Source: Burkholderiales bacterium 39-55-53 (GTDB taxonomy: Bacteria; Pseudomonadota; Gammaproteobacteria; Burkholderiales; Burkholderiaceae_C). Taken from it: DNA of 64,000 nt. The stretch's first letter is position 1. The number at the start of each line of letters is the position of its first letter. The notes beneath the pieces were generated by a model. That model was not told the origin of the DNA and ran no database searches. It saw only the letters and a program-made list of their open reading frames with translations. Where the stretch lies: the NCBI GenBank assembly GCA_002282445.1, contig NCJK01000008.1, forward strand, positions 37,817 to 101,816, read 5' to 3'. The position numbers and the translations under genes were made by a program. Shown one piece after another: positions 57,800-64,000 of the stretch.

Positions 57800-58663
57800 A
57801 TGACGATCATCCATCACCCGCGGAGCGTTGAGCGCTTAATCGTGGGCCAAGAGACACAAGACGGTGCAGGCGTTCGCCTGACGCGTGTGCTTAGCCACGA
57901 TCTACAAGAGCGACTTGATCCGTTCCTGATGCTTGATGCGTTTGGTAGTGACAACCCCGGTGATTACATTGCTGGCTTTCCCAACCATCCCCACCGCGGC
58001 TTTGAGACAGTAACCTACATGATTGCAGGCCGCATGCGACACAAAGACAGTAGCGGCAACGAAGGCTTGCTACAAAACGGCGGCGTGCAGTGGATGACGG
58101 CTGGACGCGGTCTCACGCACAGTGAGATGCCCGAACAAGAGGAAGGCGTCATGGAAGGCTTTCAACTATGGTTGAACCTTCCGGCAAAAAATAAGCTGTG
58201 CGAGCCTTGGTATCGAGACATTCAAAGTGAAAGCATTCCTGAAGTCACTACCGATGAAGGTGTGTTGGTGCGCGTGATTGCAGGTCAGTCACACAACACT
58301 GCCGGTGCTATGCAGCGTGAACACACAGACCCGTTGTACTTTGACCTGCACTTCCCTAACGCTGAAGACACGGTGTTTGAGCAACCGCTACCGACGCTCC
58401 ACAACGCATTTGTGTATGTGTACCGTGGCGGCTTAAAAGTTGGTCAAGGTAACAAGGCAACCGATGTGCCCATCAAACGCATGGCTGTACTGACCAACGA
58501 TGGTGATGGTGTGGTGTTGCGCGCACAAGCAAACACACGCGCGATTTTGATTGCTGGGAAACCGCTGAATGAACCTATTGCCCAGTACGGCCCATTCGTG
58601 ATGAACACGCGCGAGGAACTGTTACAAGCAGTAGACGACTTTCGGGCCGGCCTGATGGGCTAA
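57800..58663 (+). CDS. pirin family protein
   Basis: Cupin metal motif FPNHPHRGFETVTYM. Confidence 0.9.
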   Translation: MTIIHHPRSVERLIVGQETQDGAGVRLTRVLSHDLQERLDPFLMLDAFGSDNPGDYIAGFPNHPHRGFETVTYMIAGRMRHKDSSGNEGLLQNGGVQWMTAGRGLTHSEMPEQEEGVMEGFQLWLNLPAKNKLCEPWYRDIQSESIPEVTTDEGVLVRVIAGQSHNTAGAMQREHTDPLYFDLHFPNAEDTVFEQPLPTLHNAFVYVYRGGLKVGQGNKATDVPIKRMAVLTNDGDGVVLRAQANTRAILIAGKPLNEPIAQYGPFVMNTREELLQAVDDFRAGLMG

Positions 58664-58682
58664 GCCCACCAAGCTAATCGGA

Positions 58683-61229
<2,547 letters not shown>

Positions 61230-61259
61230 TCAATCAGGAAAAAGGTAAACAACTACGCG

Positions 61260-62366
61260 TTAGATACGCATTGGCATCACCACATATTTGAAAGTGGTGT
61301 TTTCTGGAATGGTGATCAATGCTGAACTATTGGAATCAGCCAAGTCAACCTGCACCATGTCTTGGTCCATATTGGTCAAGGCATCAATCAAATAGGTCAC
61401 GTTGAAACCAATTTCAATGGCATCTCCGTTGTAATCAATTTCAAGTTCGTCAACAGCTTCTTCTTGCTCTGCATTGCTTGATGCGACGCGTAAGACACCA
61501 GGCTCAAGGTTCAAACGAACACCCTTGAATTTCTCACTGGTCAAAATCGCTGTACGTTGCAGGGTTGCTAGCAAAGCGGTACGACCCATAGTTATCGTAT
61601 TTTTATGGTTCTTTGGAATCACACGGTTGTAGTCAGGAAACTTACCTTCGACCAACTTCGTTACAAACTCCATACCATCAAAAGTGAACTTGGCTTGATT
61701 GCCAGCAAATTGCATTTCAATCGCACCATCTTTGTCGCTCAACAAGCGCTGCATTTCAAGTACGGTTTTACGCGGCAAGATAACTTCTTGGCGTGGGACT
61801 TCGACATCCAATGTTGCAGATGAAAAAGCTAAGCGATGCCCATCAGTCGCTACTAAGCTGAGTTGTTTGCCTTCAGCAACAAACAAAATGCCGTTCAAGT
61901 AGTAACGGATGTCATGCACAGCCATTGCGAATGACACTTGGTGCAACAACTCTTTCAAAGTTTTTTGCGGAACGCTAAATGAAGGTCCAAAGTTGGCAGC
62001 TTCTTGCACTAACGGAAAATCTTCAGCTGGCAAGCTTTGCAAAGTAAAGCGGCTTTTGCCACCTTTCAAAATCAATTTGTTTTGATTGGATTCCAAACTC
62101 ACAGTTTGATCTGAAGGCATGGTTCGCAAGATATCAATCAACTTACGTGCACCGACAGTTGTTGTGAAATTACCTGCATCACCATCAAGCTCTGCAGTGG
62201 TACGAATTTGAATTTCTAAATCGCTGGTAGTCAATTGCAATGAACTGCCAGTTTTGCGAATCAACACATTTGCCAAGATTGGCAATGTATGACGACGTTC
62301 AACGATGCCTGCAACAGATTGCAGAACTGACAAAACTTTGTCTTGTGTTGCTTTCAGTACGATCAT
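61260..62366 (-). CDS. dnaN: DNA polymerase III beta sliding clamp
   Basis: 368 aa with a three-domain clamp pattern (LPILANVLI..., C-terminal VVMPMRI). Confidence 0.95.
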   Translation of the reverse strand: MIVLKATQDKVLSVLQSVAGIVERRHTLPILANVLIRKTGSSLQLTTSDLEIQIRTTAELDGDAGNFTTTVGARKLIDILRTMPSDQTVSLESNQNKLILKGGKSRFTLQSLPAEDFPLVQEAANFGPSFSVPQKTLKELLHQVSFAMAVHDIRYYLNGILFVAEGKQLSLVATDGHRLAFSSATLDVEVPRQEVILPRKTVLEMQRLLSDKDGAIEMQFAGNQAKFTFDGMEFVTKLVEGKFPDYNRVIPKNHKNTITMGRTALLATLQRTAILTSEKFKGVRLNLEPGVLRVASSNAEQEEAVDELEIDYNGDAIEIGFNVTYLIDALTNMDQDMVQVDLADSNSSALITIPENTTFKYVVMPMRI

Positions 62367-62374
62367 CTCTTCCT

Positions 62375-62579
62375 CTTGTTTTCTTTATTTAAATTAGTAG
62401 TAGTAGATAAGCAAAGCATCTTTCTGTGGACAACAGCATTTTCCTCTTTTTTTTCAAGCACTTGAGCTACTTGGCAGAGTGTTGGCAACTGTGATTTTTT
62501 GCTGTCGTTCAAAACTGGATAACTTCTGAATTTCTACTTTTCTGTGGATAACTCTGGTGTTATCCAGAAACTACCCACA
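62375..62579. other. AT-rich tract plus DnaA-box cluster (oriC candidate / dnaN regulatory region)
   Basis: Perfect box TGTGGATAA at 62543..62551. One-mismatch boxes at 62425..62433 (TGTGGACAA) and 62560..62568 (TTATCCAGA). Weaker boxes at 62514..62522 and 62571..62579. AT-rich run at 62378..62415. Confidence 0.5.
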
Positions 62580-62599
62580 AGGTTGTTCTTTTTGATGGT

Positions 62600-64000
62600 T
62601 TAGCCCTTGAGTGTTTGCTCTAGAACGTGCAATTGTTGGTTTAAATCAGCCATTTGTTGGCGTTCTGCGGTGATCTTTCGAACAGCATGCAACACAGTGG
62701 TGTGATCTCGTCCGCCAAACAGCTCACCAATCTCAGGCAAGCTCTTTTGGGTAAGTTCCTTTGCAAGATACATGGCAATCTGGCGCGGCCTTGCGATCGA
62801 TGCAGGACGCTTCTTAGAGTACATGTCAGCCACTTTGATCTTGTAATAGTCGGCGACAGTTTTTTGGATGTTCTCTACGGAAATTTGACGATTTTGAATA
62901 GATAGCAAGTCACGCAAAGCATCTCGGGCCAGCTGAATCGAGATTTCTTTCTGATTAAACCGAGAGTAAGCCAATATTTTGCGTAGCGCACCTTCGAGCT
63001 CACGCACGTTCGACCGTACGTTCTTGGCAACAAAAAAAGCCACTTCTTCAGGCATTTCAGAGCCTTCTGCGCGTGATTTGCTAATCAGAATAGCCACTCG
63101 CATTTCAAGCTCCGGTGGCTCGATGGCAACTGTGAGGCCAGCATCAAAGCGAGAAACCAAGCGCTCATGAATATCTGTGAGACCTTTGGGATAGGTATCA
63201 CTCGTCATGATGATGTGTGATTTTTTAGCCAATAGTGCTTCAAACGCGTTGAAAAACTCCTCTTGCGTTCGCTCTTTGTTGGCAAAAAACTGAACATCGT
63301 CAATTAAAAGCAGGTCGAGTGAGTGATAACGCTCTTTGAATTCATCAAAAGTTTTGCGTTGGTACGCTTTAACCACATCCGAAACAAACTGTTCCGCATG
63401 GATGTAGAGAACTTTTGCGTCTGGTCGTTCTGAAAGCAGCTTGTTACCCACAGCGTGCATCAAATGGGTCTTACCCAAACCAACACCGCCGTAGATAAAT
63501 AGGGGGTTGTACAACTGACCTGGCATGGTGGCCACATGCATGGCTGCTGCACGTGCCATGCGATTGGCGGTACCTTCAACCAAGGTATCAAAGCTCAGGG
63601 CTGTATTGAGGCGTGTGCGCGGGCCACTTGGGATGCCTTCCTCTAATCCGACGAAGCTTTCGGGCAAGGATTCAAGTTCTTGAGAAAAAGAGATAGACTT
63701 AGTTCTGACGGGGGTTTCTTTAGGAGTAATCGCTAACTCAACTTGAATCGGTTGGCCATGTAATTGTTGAAGTAACCCAGCAATTCTGTTGGCATATTGG
63801 GCACGAATCCAGTCAAGTTTGAAGCGGTTACCCACCAAAATCACGGCTTTGCTGAAGTCATCTGCGACGTTCGCAACCAGCGGTTTGATCCAAGTGTTGA
63901 ACTGTTGTTCTGGTAATTCTTGTGCCAATTGGTCCACGCACGCTTGCCACAAACCATCACCCGAACTGGATGGAAGGCCGTCTGTGGCAGAGGAAGGGAG
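62600..64000 (-). CDS. dnaA: chromosomal replication initiator DnaA (5' end beyond the window edge or near it)
   Basis: LWQACVDQL...[10 protein letters not shown]-terminal domain, AAA+ Walker [11 protein letters not shown] and a C-terminal DnaA signature HTTVLHA. The frame stays open to nt 64000. Confidence 0.95.
   Translation of the reverse strand, partial: LPSSATDGLPSSSGDGLWQACVDQLAQELPEQQFNTWIKPLVANVADDFSKAVILVGNRFKLDWIRAQYANRIAGLLQQLHGQPIQVELAITPKETPVRTKSISFSQELESLPESFVGLEEGIPSGPRTRLNTALSFDTLVEGTANRMARAAAMHVATMPGQLYNPLFIYGGVGLGKTHLMHAVGNKLLSERPDAKVLYIHAEQFVSDVVKAYQRKTFDEFKERYHSLDLLLIDDVQFFANKERTQEEFFNAFEALLAKKSHIIMTSDTYPKGLTDIHERLVSRFDAGLTVAIEPPELEMRVAILISKSRAEGSEMPEEVAFFVAKNVRSNVRELEGALRKILAYSRFNQKEISIQLARDALRDLLSIQNRQISVENIQKTVADYYKIKVADMYSKKRPASIARPRQIAMYLAKELTQKSLPEIGELFGGRDHTTVLHAVRKITAERQQMADLNQQLHVLEQTLKG

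Overview
This is a 64-kb origin-proximal chromosomal segment of a betaproteobacterium. Gene content and synteny look Burkholderiales/Comamonadaceae-like. The right end carries dnaA (5' partial at the window edge), dnaN and gyrB. Next to them is mnmG-rsmG-lysE-parA-(hydrolase)-parB, with three parS sites buried in rsmG/mnmG and a DnaA-box/AT-rich cluster between dnaA and dnaN. The rest is mostly housekeeping: ilvE, waaF, radA, alr, lplT, gpx, glcEF, a sigma-54/NtrC-controlled porin-glnK-amtB operon, comM, split metH, recQ, pckG, a Liv-type ABC transporter, phoD and a D-LDH-like oxidase. The most interesting block is 22.1-28.7 kb. It holds a SigF/NrsF-linked HvfA-type (bufferin-like) RiPP metallophore operon: a Cys-rich precursor, a DUF692 MNIO enzyme, DUF2063 and DoxX, with divergent GTAACC-N16-CGAA promoters. 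Beside it sits a second DUF692+DUF2063 paralog pair whose MNIO copy has lost nearly all metal-ligand residues and has no precursor gene. Other notable items:
- a low-GC single-gene DUF3800 islet;
- a metH split by a 0.8-kb insert, with an SAH riboswitch in front of the large module only;
- a terminator-like hairpin inside the pckG leader;
- an SOS-box-like palindrome before radA;
- a low-GC LPS-core islet (GT9 + VirK/YbjX);
- two tandem hybrid histidine kinases packed directly behind parB.
I found no rRNA, tRNA, CRISPR array, transposase or integrase.
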